Shown here: in pieces, positions 21,712-30,237 of the stretch
Layout: every line of letters starts with the position of its first letter
Position numbering within the stretch: the stretch's first letter is position 1
NCBI GenBank assembly: GCA_002296225.1
Contig: DBHR01000080.1
Span: forward strand, 13,362 to 77,361
Origin: Acidobacteria bacterium UBA823
GTDB taxonomy: Bacteria > Acidobacteriota > Vicinamibacteria > Vicinamibacterales > UBA823
Direction: 5' to 3'
Length of the DNA stretch: 64,000 nucleotides
Notes under the pieces: generated by a model
Database searches by the model: none
What the model saw: the letters and a program-made list of their open reading frames with translations, nothing else
What the model was told of the DNA's origin: nothing
Position numbers and translations under genes: made by a program

Positions 21712-22452
21712 ATGTCTGAGGCCAAACATACCGTGCAGCTTTTCGCCACCTGTCTGGTCGACGTAATCCGGCCGATGGCCGGCCTGGCTACGCTCCAAGT
21801 GCTTGAGCGGCTTGGCGTGACGGTCACGGTGCCGACCGGTCAGACCTGTTGTGGCCAGCCGGCGTTCAATACCGGATGTCTGGATGATGCACGTGCGATG
21901 GCGCGCTATACCATCGATCTGTTGGAACGATCGCCGGTTCCGATCGTCGTACCTTCCGGGTCATGTGGCGACATGATCGTGCACCGCTATCGCGAACTAC
22001 TTGCTGACGATCCGGCCTATGCTCCGAAGGCCGAACGCGTGGCAGCGCGGACATACGAGCTCAGCCAGTATCTTGTGGAGGTGCTGAAAGTTGAGGATGT
22101 CGGTGCACAATGCCGGCGAACGATTGCCTACCATCCGTCGTGCCATCTGCTGCGTGGTCTTGGTGTTCGTGCGGCGCCAGCCCGCCTGCTCGAGGGCATT
22201 TCCGGCGCGTGCTGTGTGCCGCTGTCGGGAGCCGAAGACTGCTGCGGGTTCGGCGGCGCATTTGCGGTGAAGATGGGGGAGCTCTCAAGCGCCATCCTCA
22301 GTCGCAAGCTCGACGCGATCGTGAAATCCGGGGCCGACACCGTCGTCGCGTGCGACGCCGGCTGTTTATTGCACATTGAGGGAGGACTGCGGCGTCGTGG
22401 CTCGTCCGTGGAAGTCCGACACCTCGCCGAGGTCTTGGCAGAATCCGAATGA
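21712..22452 (+). CDS. lutA: L-lactate utilisation protein LutA ((Fe-S)-binding, CCG-domain)
   Basis: VQLFATCLVD start region and two Cys-rich CCG-type motifs (TGQTCCGQP; EDCCGFGG). I prefer the ATG at 21712 to the GTG at 21685. Confidence 0.85.
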   Translation: MSEAKHTVQLFATCLVDVIRPMAGLATLQVLERLGVTVTVPTGQTCCGQPAFNTGCLDDARAMARYTIDLLERSPVPIVVPSGSCGDMIVHRYRELLADDPAYAPKAERVAARTYELSQYLVEVLKVEDVGAQCRRTIAYHPSCHLLRGLGVRAAPARLLEGISGACCVPLSGAEDCCGFGGAFAVKMGELSSAILSRKLDAIVKSGADTVVACDAGCLLHIEGGLRRRGSSVEVRHLAEVLAESE

Positions 22453-23858
22453 ATTCCCAACCGATGTCATTCCATCGGCGGATTTCGCACGCGTTGGCAG
22501 ACGGCGCACTCCGCGTTGCGCTCGACCGGACAACTGAGCGGTTTACGTTGAAGCGCGCCGCTGGCTTGGCGTCACTGCCAGACTCCGACGAGGTTCGCGA
22601 CCGTGCGCGGGCGATCCGTCTGCACACGCTGTCTAGACTCGACGAGTATTTGGAGCAGTTCGACGCAGCTGTCACGTTGGTGGGTGGCCGGGTGCACTGG
22701 GCCGCCGACGGACAAGAAGCGAACGCGATCGTTCTCGATCTCGCCAGGTCGCACTCGGTCGAACGCATTGTCAAATCGAAGTCGATGGTGAGCGAGGAGG
22801 TCCATCTCAACCACACGTTGCTCGCGGCTGGCCTCGACGTCGTTGAATCAGACCTCGGCGAATACATCATCCAGCTTGCGGGCGAAACGCCGTCCCACAT
22901 CATCGCGCCGGCGGTGCACAAAACACGTGAGCAGATTGGACAACTGCTAGCGGACAAGCTAGGCGTGCCGGTAACAGACGACCCTGCTGAGATGACGGCG
23001 ACCGCCAGAGCCGCCCTGCGAGATGTGTTCTTGCGGGCCGAGATGGGAGTGAGTGGCGTCAACTTCGGGGTCGCATCGACCGGTTCACTGGCGATCGTCA
23101 CGAACGAGGGCAACGCGTCGCTCGCTGTTACCGCGCCTCGCATCCATGTGGCGATGATGGGGATCGAACGCCTCGTCCCAACGCTTGACGACCTCACGGT
23201 GATGCTGCAGATTCTCGCACGGTCGGCGACCGGACAAAAGCTGACGGTCTACACAGATCTACTCACGGGACCGCGCCGCGGAGATCTCGATGGCCCGGAA
23301 GAACTGCATGTTGTTCTAATCGACAACGGTCGAAGCCACCTTGTCGGAACTGAGGTCGGTGAAATCCTTGCGTGCATTCGATGTGGGGCTTGCTTGAACG
23401 CGTGTCCGGTCTATCAACAGGTTGGCGGGCACGCTTACGGCAGCGTGTATTCGGGACCGATCGGTGCTGTCCTCACGCCGAGCCTCGATCGCGGAGGCCC
23501 ATGGCATTCCTTGCCTGACGCTAGTTCGTTGTGCGGTGCCTGCCGTGAGGTGTGCCCGGTTCGGATCGATATTCCGCGGATGCTACTGGCGCTCCGCGCG
23601 CGGGCTGTTCACTCCGGCAAGACCGGTCGCTGGGTTCGGATTGCGTTCCGGTTGTATCGCATGGCGGCCACGCGTCCTTGGCTGTTCAGGCGTACCGTGT
23701 CGGTCGGACGTTGGCTGATGGAGTTGTTTGCCGTCGATGGCTGGCTGCACCGGCTCCCCCCGCCGCTGTCAGGCTGGACGCTATCCAGAGAGTTTCCGGT
23801 GATCGCCGGCCGTACTTTTAGCGAGCGGATGCGGGATAGGCTTGAGGCCAGCGGATGA
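22449..23858 (+). CDS. lutB: L-lactate utilisation protein LutB (4Fe-4S ferredoxin-type)
   Basis: CIRCGACLNACPVY and CGACREVCPVRI cluster motifs. LUD-type N-terminal region. Start overlaps the lutA stop (ATGA). Confidence 0.85.
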   Translation: MNSQPMSFHRRISHALADGALRVALDRTTERFTLKRAAGLASLPDSDEVRDRARAIRLHTLSRLDEYLEQFDAAVTLVGGRVHWAADGQEANAIVLDLARSHSVERIVKSKSMVSEEVHLNHTLLAAGLDVVESDLGEYIIQLAGETPSHIIAPAVHKTREQIGQLLADKLGVPVTDDPAEMTATARAALRDVFLRAEMGVSGVNFGVASTGSLAIVTNEGNASLAVTAPRIHVAMMGIERLVPTLDDLTVMLQILARSATGQKLTVYTDLLTGPRRGDLDGPEELHVVLIDNGRSHLVGTEVGEILACIRCGACLNACPVYQQVGGHAYGSVYSGPIGAVLTPSLDRGGPWHSLPDASSLCGACREVCPVRIDIPRMLLALRARAVHSGKTGRWVRIAFRLYRMAATRPWLFRRTVSVGRWLMELFAVDGWLHRLPPPLSGWTLSREFPVIAGRTFSERMRDRLEASG

Positions 23859-24592
23859 GAGATAGTCGGACAGCCATCCTGGAGCGGATTCGGTCGGGTC
23901 GGTCTGGAGCGCCGGTTCAGTCGGTGCCTGTACCCGTTTCGCTATCGCCTCGGCCTGCAATGGAGCCGTCAGTCGTCGTCGACCAATTCGTGCGGGAAGC
24001 CGAGGCGGTTGGGGCCATCGTGCATCGCACCGACGGCCGCGACATCGCCGTAGAGATCGTGCTTGGGATCTTGGCCGACGCGGGCGTCAACCGGTTCGTC
24101 AGTTGGGAACCCGCCGACCTGCCGATTCCGGAGCTGGTGGAAGCTGTCATTGACCGTGGCATTCGCTTGGTCGAGGCACCCTCGCTGGCCGCATCGAAGG
24201 AACTCGTTCGCGATTGGACGGCGGTAGCGGGTGCGGAGGCGGGACTCACCGGCGCTGTTGGTGGATTGGCAGATACTGGCACGGTCATTCTTCGTAGTGG
24301 CCCGGGCCGGGCGCGTTTGGCGTGGCTGCTACCGCCTCTGCATGTCGTCGTGCTGCACTCACCGTTCATCTATCCGACCCTCCAGGCGTTCATGGGTGCG
24401 CGCGGTGAAATGGTCGGGCGCAGCAGCCATGTCGCGTTCGTGACCGGGCCGAGCCGAACGGCGGACATTGAGCAAACTCTCACCATCGGCGTGCACGGAC
24501 CGAAAGAGGTCCGTATCGTGCTCGTCGATCACGACCGCGACACACCCGCTGTGGGCGGGGCACGAGCGCGCGCGGATGATGCCGACCGATAG
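23855..24592 (+). CDS. lutC: L-lactate utilisation protein LutC (LUD domain)
   Basis: Position after lutB with ATGA overlap. GLTGAVGGLADTGTVIL...HVVVL is typical of the LUD/YkgG family. Confidence 0.75.
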   Translation: MRDSRTAILERIRSGRSGAPVQSVPVPVSLSPRPAMEPSVVVDQFVREAEAVGAIVHRTDGRDIAVEIVLGILADAGVNRFVSWEPADLPIPELVEAVIDRGIRLVEAPSLAASKELVRDWTAVAGAEAGLTGAVGGLADTGTVILRSGPGRARLAWLLPPLHVVVLHSPFIYPTLQAFMGARGEMVGRSSHVAFVTGPSRTADIEQTLTIGVHGPKEVRIVLVDHDRDTPAVGGARARADDADR

Positions 24593-25688
24593 AACGCTTG
24601 GTGTTGGGCTCGTCGGTACAGGGTGGGTGGCGGCATCCCACGTGCGCGCGATCCAAGCGAACCCCCATGTCCGGCTCGTCCGAATGTGTGGTCGGCAGGA
24701 GGCACGCGCTCGGGAGAAACTGACGCGCTTCGGTGCTGACGTATCCGACGTTGGTTTTACTCGTCGGTATCAGGACCTGCTCGACGAATCCGACATTGAC
24801 ATCGTCGTCATCGCCACACCGAATCACCTGCACGCCGAGCAAGCGGTAGCCGCTGCCTCAGCGAAGAAGCATATTCTGCTCGAGAAGCCCACCGGGCTCG
24901 ACGTCCGCGAGCTCATCCGGATTCGCGATGCGGTGCGCCGCACCAAGGTGCGAACGATCGTGTCGTTTGTACTGCATTACAACCCGTTCGTCCGCTTCGC
25001 GCATTGGATGCGCGAAGCGGGCTGGCTCGGCACGATTCGTTATGCGCGCTTCCAGTACTTGTCCCGCATTCTCAACGAGTATCCGGGCTGGTCGTGGGTG
25101 AGACGTGCGGACAGCGGCCGAAGCCACCTACTCGCGGCGGGTTGTCACGCAGTGGACGCGCTGCGGTGGTGCACCGGATTGGAACCAACCGAGGTGAGCG
25201 CGTATCACACGCGGTTCACGAAGGGGTATCAGTGGCCGACCTCGATCGTCGTAAATGTCAAGCTGGGTCGCCGGGCGGTCGGACAAATGGTCAGCTCGAC
25301 CGACTTCATGATGCCATACACATTTGGGGTTGAGCTGATGGGAGACCGCGCCACGCTCGTCGATGGTCTGATTCTCTGGAAGGACACGCCGGTGGCATTG
25401 GCGGCGCTCCGTCGCGCGAACCCGTTCCCCGAGGTGGTGCTCCGAGAGGCGCGCGCGCTCGACGGTAGCCCAGCCATCCGCGTCGAGTGCGAGATGCCAG
25501 CCTCAGCTGACGCCCGCCAGCATCCGTTTCAAGGAGAGGTGAACGAGCTTGTGGACTGTATCCGCGCGGGCCGAGAGTCGCATCTGAACGTCTTCGATGC
25601 GCAGAAGACCATGGAAGTTTGCCTGGCGGCTGACCGATCAGCCGCGCGCGGCGGCCGGCCGGTAAGCCTGCCGCTCATCCGGCCCTGA
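24576..25688 (+). CDS. Gfo/Idh/MocA-family NAD(P)-dependent oxidoreductase
   Basis: Rossmann start LGVGLVGTGWVAASH..., IATPNHLHAEQ, and EKP. I prefer the ATG at 24576 to the upstream ATG at 24468, which lies inside lutC. Confidence 0.8.
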   Translation: MMPTDRTLGVGLVGTGWVAASHVRAIQANPHVRLVRMCGRQEARAREKLTRFGADVSDVGFTRRYQDLLDESDIDIVVIATPNHLHAEQAVAAASAKKHILLEKPTGLDVRELIRIRDAVRRTKVRTIVSFVLHYNPFVRFAHWMREAGWLGTIRYARFQYLSRILNEYPGWSWVRRADSGRSHLLAAGCHAVDALRWCTGLEPTEVSAYHTRFTKGYQWPTSIVVNVKLGRRAVGQMVSSTDFMMPYTFGVELMGDRATLVDGLILWKDTPVALAALRRANPFPEVVLREARALDGSPAIRVECEMPASADARQHPFQGEVNELVDCIRAGRESHLNVFDAQKTMEVCLAADRSAARGGRPVSLPLIRP

Positions 25689-25702
25689 GGACGATTTCTC
25701 CC

Positions 25703-27181
25703 GTGTCAGGCAAGTGTTACATCGCCGTTGACCTTGGGGCCAGCAGCGGCCGGGTCATCGTCGGCCATGTTGACAGCGGCCGCATTTCGCTCAACGTCGT
25801 GCACCGCTTTCCGGTCACGTCCCTCGTCTCAGCGGGCCACGAGCGATGGCCCCTTTCGGTGCTAATCGCGGAGGTGAGAAAAGGACTTACCAAGGCCGCG
25901 TGTGCTGAGGGTGAGTTGGTGAGTCTCGGCGTCGACACGTGGGGAGTCGATTACGGCCTGACCGATGCTGACGGCCGTTTGCTTGAGGACCCGGTGTGCT
26001 ACCGAGATCGGCGCGCCGATGGCATCGTCGAGCGGGTACTCGAGACTGTGCCGGCCGATGAGCTGTTCAGGTTGACTGGTGTGCAGATTCTGCCATTCAA
26101 CACCCTGTATCAGCTCATGGCACAGCGCGTCGCGGGGGAGTGGCCGGCTAAAGCCGCACGGTTGCTCATGATGCCTGATCTCATCCACCACGATCTCTGC
26201 GGTAGCCTGACCGGTGAGGTGACGATGGCGAGCACCACACAGCTGACAGCGGCTGCCACTCGGCAATGGGCGAACGAACTTTTTGATCGATTGGATCTTC
26301 CGATTGCCATGATGCCAGAGCTGGTGCAGCCCGGAGTACGACTTGGCCAGCTTCGTCCCAACGTGCGCGAGGCGCTGGCGCTTCCGGATATGGCAATTGT
26401 GGCGCCTGCTACACACGATACTGCGAGCGCCGTGGCTGGCGCGCCGATTGCTGACGGGTGGGCCTATCTGAGTTCTGGCACGTGGTCGCTCCTTGGCGTT
26501 GAGACCGAGGCGCCCGTGCTGACCGACGCCGTTCGAGAAGCGCGCCTAACGAATGAGTGTGGCACGGAGGGCAGGAATCGTTTACTCAAGCACATCGCGG
26601 GCATGTGGATCCTCGAATCCTGCCGAAAAACGTGGGCAGCACAAGGTGCCTCATTAGGGTTCGATGCCCTCAACCGCGCGATCGCCTCGGTGCCGGCCCG
26701 TCGGGCATTCATTCTGCCAGACGACTCTAGGTTCTTTAACCCACCGGAGATGCTTGGGGCGATTTCGACCTTCTTGCAGGAGTCTGACCAGTCGGTGCCC
26801 ACCGACCACGGTGGATACGCGCGCGTCATCCTCGAATCGCTGGCCCTGCGCTACGCATCGGTGGTCGAGGCGATCGAACGAGTGACGGGTCGGTCGATCG
26901 TCGGCATCCGGATTATCGGCGGCGGTTCGCAGAACCGCTTTCTCAATCAGGCGACGGCGGATGCGACCGGCCGGGAGGTTCGAACTGGGCCAGTCGAGGC
27001 GACGGCGCTTGGCAACGTGATCGTTCAAGCAATCGCAGACGGCTGCTTTGGGAGTGTTGGTGAGGCTCGGGTGGCCGTGGCCCGTGACACGGGAGGCGAC
27101 ATCTACGAGCCCGTCGAGTCAGAGGCTTGGGCTGAAGCACGCACGCGATACGCACGCCTCGAACGGGAATGGGGACGTTAA
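25703..27181 (+). CDS. rhaB: Rhamnulokinase (FGGY carbohydrate kinase)
   Basis: The N-terminus CYIAVDLGASSGRVIVG...VHRF closely parallels E. coli RhaB (CVAVDLGASSGRVM...IHRF). FGGY C-terminal domain (IIGGGSQNRFLNQ). Confidence 0.75.
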   Translation: MSGKCYIAVDLGASSGRVIVGHVDSGRISLNVVHRFPVTSLVSAGHERWPLSVLIAEVRKGLTKAACAEGELVSLGVDTWGVDYGLTDADGRLLEDPVCYRDRRADGIVERVLETVPADELFRLTGVQILPFNTLYQLMAQRVAGEWPAKAARLLMMPDLIHHDLCGSLTGEVTMASTTQLTAAATRQWANELFDRLDLPIAMMPELVQPGVRLGQLRPNVREALALPDMAIVAPATHDTASAVAGAPIADGWAYLSSGTWSLLGVETEAPVLTDAVREARLTNECGTEGRNRLLKHIAGMWILESCRKTWAAQGASLGFDALNRAIASVPARRAFILPDDSRFFNPPEMLGAISTFLQESDQSVPTDHGGYARVILESLALRYASVVEAIERVTGRSIVGIRIIGGGSQNRFLNQATADATGREVRTGPVEATALGNVIVQAIADGCFGSVGEARVAVARDTGGDIYEPVESEAWAEARTRYARLEREWGR

Positions 27182-27211
27182 GACGTTGATGGAACCGGTG
27201 CGACTCGTTGG

Positions 27212-28744
27212 CTAGGGTGTGTCGCTGTTGCTACCCCCGACCGTCTCGATCGACCAATTCTGCCTAATCATCGTCAGATACGCCTTTTGACTAAACAGTG
27301 ATTCCGTTACCGGATGGCGCGCGATGCCGTCACGCCAGACTTCCAACGCCGCTCCGTCGTCACCCGCACGGAAGTAAAGCCAGCCACGCAGGTAGTGCGC
27401 CTCGCCAGCATCGACGTGATCCGGATAACGTGCTAGGAAGGCATCAAGCACTTCTTGCGCTACCGCCGAGTCGCCGCGCTCGAAGGCGATCCGCGCGTGC
27501 TCGATATCGGTGGCAGGCCCCGCCGGCGCTGACTCAAGCGCAGCCACAGCGTCAGTCCATCGCTCCTGCAGGCGTAGTGCGCGGGCCCGTGCCAGCGCCG
27601 TGCGTGCTGGAAGTCCAGAAGTGGCATCCAGGATCTCTAGCGCCTGGTCCGCTGCCCCCTCATCGAGTAGGAGCTCCGCGCGCTGGAGTCGGGACGACGA
27701 GTCAGTTGCGACCTTGAGACGCGCCAACTCCGGCCACTCGTGATCGAGGTGGAAATGCCTGCCCAAAAACTTGATCATCTCCTGCTGAAGAAACCAAGGG
27801 TCGAGGACGTGCGTGTTCTCTGCCGCTACCGGCCCGTCGTGTCCATCGCTCCATCCGTAGGTGATGCTTTCGACTTCTGGACCGCCTGGAATCTCAGGGG
27901 TTTCAAGAATGAAATATGCATCTTCGTGGCCCGGGGGCATGTTGTAGCGGACGCCAGAGCCGTCGAGGTTGTTCAGGTGCACCGGCACGAAGTAGCGATT
28001 GATTAGTGTAGCCACGACCGGATCTGAGAACGGACCCGTTCTCATGAAGAGGCCGCCTTCTCAAGTACCGGCGGTCGGAAAGAGCATGAGTGGCTTTCGC
28101 GAACGGGTCGCCTCTTGGCGCGCGGTCGCTTCGTCAGACCGCCACTCCACGCCGCCGGTGGCCCAGTACAGGTCGAGTGCTTCTAGGCCGTCATACCGAT
28201 CGGTGAGGACGACGTCTTCGAAGGCGTCGGTACCACCGAGGTCGCCGATGGTCGCCTCGCCGTCAGCATCGATCCGAAACCGCAACCGGCCTTTGGCGCG
28301 GTAGTCGACGACTGACCAGTCGCTAACAAACGGGCGGCGCGCTAGGGTTTGGCCCAACGGTTCCTCGGCGCAGAAGAAACAGACACCCGCGTTCATCTGG
28401 AAGATCGTGTGGGCACCGATCGCCACGCCGTCGCGCTCGAGGTGGGCTCCCGGCGCGTGCTCGGCGAGCACAGCTGCTACGTCACGCACACTAACCTCGG
28501 CGCCTGGGGTGACCTTGACACTCAGTTCGTTTCCGTCGAATGAGGCAGCCGCTATTCCTGGCATCTGTTCGATAGCCGCTAGAACATGGTCATCGAGTGG
28601 CGCGCCGGTAATTAGCAGCTCGATGGCTGGGCCCGGAATCGCACTCAGGGAACCCGCTAGTAGTGTTGCGAAGAGAAAATTCAACATGATGCCGCGGATC
28701 GTACCGTCCACCATCAGACGTGTCAACGTGAGGCTCGTTAGCAA
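27212..28744 (-). CDS. Candidate selenoprotein: signal/HMA-like x2 (CFFC)/thioredoxin-like (in-frame TGA)/TPR protein; alternatively a Cys->stop pseudogene
   Basis: Track ORFs 28061..28744 and 27212..28045 are in one frame, interrupted only by TGA at 28063..28061. The junction ...KPLMLFPTAGT-TGA-EGGLFMRTGPFSDPVVATLINRYFVPVHLN is a thioredoxin-fold active-site region with the TGA at the first CxxC Cys. The real start may be the ATG at 28687 (MLNFLFATLLAGSLSA). Confidence 0.5.
28025..28044 (-). promoter_or_regulatory. SECIS-like mRNA hairpin (8-bp stem, GGUC loop) downstream of the in-frame UGA
   Basis: mRNA 5'-U GAGAACG GGUC CGUUCUC A-3', a perfect inverted repeat seen directly. It starts 16 nt after the UGA. 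The loop sequence matches, from memory, the apical loop of the E. coli fdhF SECIS. Confidence 0.4.
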
Positions 28745-28876
28745 CGCCGAGGGCGTCGGTTACGCGGGTGATGTAGTTGAACCAAGTAGAAATGGGGCTC
28801 ATCCTACACGATATTGTTGTCGTCGAATCTAGTCAGCCTCGGCTTCATGCTACGCTCGTGTTAAAATGCGTGGAAC

Positions 28877-30145
28877 ATGTTTTGGTTCAACCACTTAGTC
28901 GTAGTCGTGATTGCGGCTTGGCTGGCGTCGGTCGGGTGTGCCAGTCCGGAGCCAGCGCCCACGCCAGCGCAGAGCCGGGTCGTCGACATTGACCTACCGG
29001 TGGAATCGACGGTCGTGGAGGGCACCGTCCCCCGTAACGCGACCTTCGCCGGCCTCCTCGAATCCCACGGCTTCTCCAACAATGTCGTCGTTGCGATCGT
29101 CGATCAAACCCGCGACGTGTTTGACCCGAAACGTCTGCGGGCGGCCAATGCCTATCGGATCACCACGACGCTTGACGGGGGTCTGCGTCAACTCAAATAC
29201 CATATCGATTCGGATAGTTTCCTGGAGATTCAGGCACTTGGGAACGGCCGGTTCGAGGCGGCGGTCGTCCCGTATGTCAAGCAGCGGGCCGTTATCGCGA
29301 TGGGCGGCCACATCGACCGTACCCGTTCCTCGCTGGTGGCGGCGGTCAACGACGCGGGCGAACAGGTGCAGCTTGCCATGGTCATGGCCGACGTCCTAGG
29401 TGGCGAAATCGATTTTAACAATGACCTCCGGCTCGGCGATTCGTTTCGTGTGCTCTTTGAACGGTTCCTGCGTGAGGACCACTACGACAATTACGGCAAC
29501 GTACTAGCAACCGAGTTCACTAACGACCGACGGCGTGTTAGGGCCACCCGGTTCACGCCCCCTGGTAGTGAGCCCGGCTACTACGACGACGAAGGACGGT
29601 CGCTCAAGCGGATGTTCCTGAGATCGCCTTTGCGGTTCGAGCCCAGGATCACGTCGCGTTTCTCGCGTAATCGCATGCATCCGATTCTCGGCGAGCGTCG
29701 GGCACATCTCGGTGTGGACTACGGCGCGGCCGCCGGCACGCCGGTAATCGCGGTGGCGAATGGAACGGTAGTGTCGGCCGGCTGGAGCGGGGGATCCGGC
29801 CGAATGGTGCGGTTGCGCCACAGTGGTGGCTACGAGACTTACTACTTGCACCTGTCATCTTTCACCAAAGGGATTCGGCCAGGCGCGCGGATTACCCAGG
29901 GCCAACTCATCGGCCGGGTCGGATCGACTGGGCTCACCACGGGACCTCATCTGGACTACCGGCTCAAAAAGAACGGCATCTTCGTGAATCCACTCGTGGA
30001 GCATCGTAAGATGCCGCCTGGGGACCCGATTCCCACGGAACATCTGGAGGTGTTCCACGCGGAACGCGAACGTGTGTTCGGATTGCTCGTCGAGTCGACC
30101 CCGACTGTGGGTACGGCTGACGACGATGCCGCCGGCGCATCCTGA
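28877..30145 (+). CDS. M23-family peptidoglycan metalloendopeptidase, lipoprotein
   Basis: Lipobox LASVGC. HLGVDYGAAAGTPV and GSTGLTTGPHLDYR zinc-site motifs. Confidence 0.85.
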   Translation: MFWFNHLVVVVIAAWLASVGCASPEPAPTPAQSRVVDIDLPVESTVVEGTVPRNATFAGLLESHGFSNNVVVAIVDQTRDVFDPKRLRAANAYRITTTLDGGLRQLKYHIDSDSFLEIQALGNGRFEAAVVPYVKQRAVIAMGGHIDRTRSSLVAAVNDAGEQVQLAMVMADVLGGEIDFNNDLRLGDSFRVLFERFLREDHYDNYGNVLATEFTNDRRRVRATRFTPPGSEPGYYDDEGRSLKRMFLRSPLRFEPRITSRFSRNRMHPILGERRAHLGVDYGAAAGTPVIAVANGTVVSAGWSGGSGRMVRLRHSGGYETYYLHLSSFTKGIRPGARITQGQLIGRVGSTGLTTGPHLDYRLKKNGIFVNPLVEHRKMPPGDPIPTEHLEVFHAERERVFGLLVESTPTVGTADDDAAGAS

Positions 30146-30237
30146 CGGCTGAACATCCAACTCTTTCTACTAATCGCGTATCGCTTCCTCGCGGGCGAGC
30201 GTCAAGAAACGTTCCGCTTGTGCGCTAAGATACCGGG

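Noticed and set aside
22298-23197. 299-aa minus-strand ORF
   Set aside because: Antisense to lutB, whose frame has clear 4Fe-4S motifs. Ser/Arg/Ala-rich shadow-frame composition and no motifs.
29634-29644. GGTTCGAGCCC, a tRNA T-loop-like string
   Set aside because: The flanking 5-mers (TGCGG / CCAGG) cannot form a T-stem, and the string lies inside the well-supported M23 peptidase CDS. No other tRNA-like T-arm/acceptor combination was seen in the intergenic regions.
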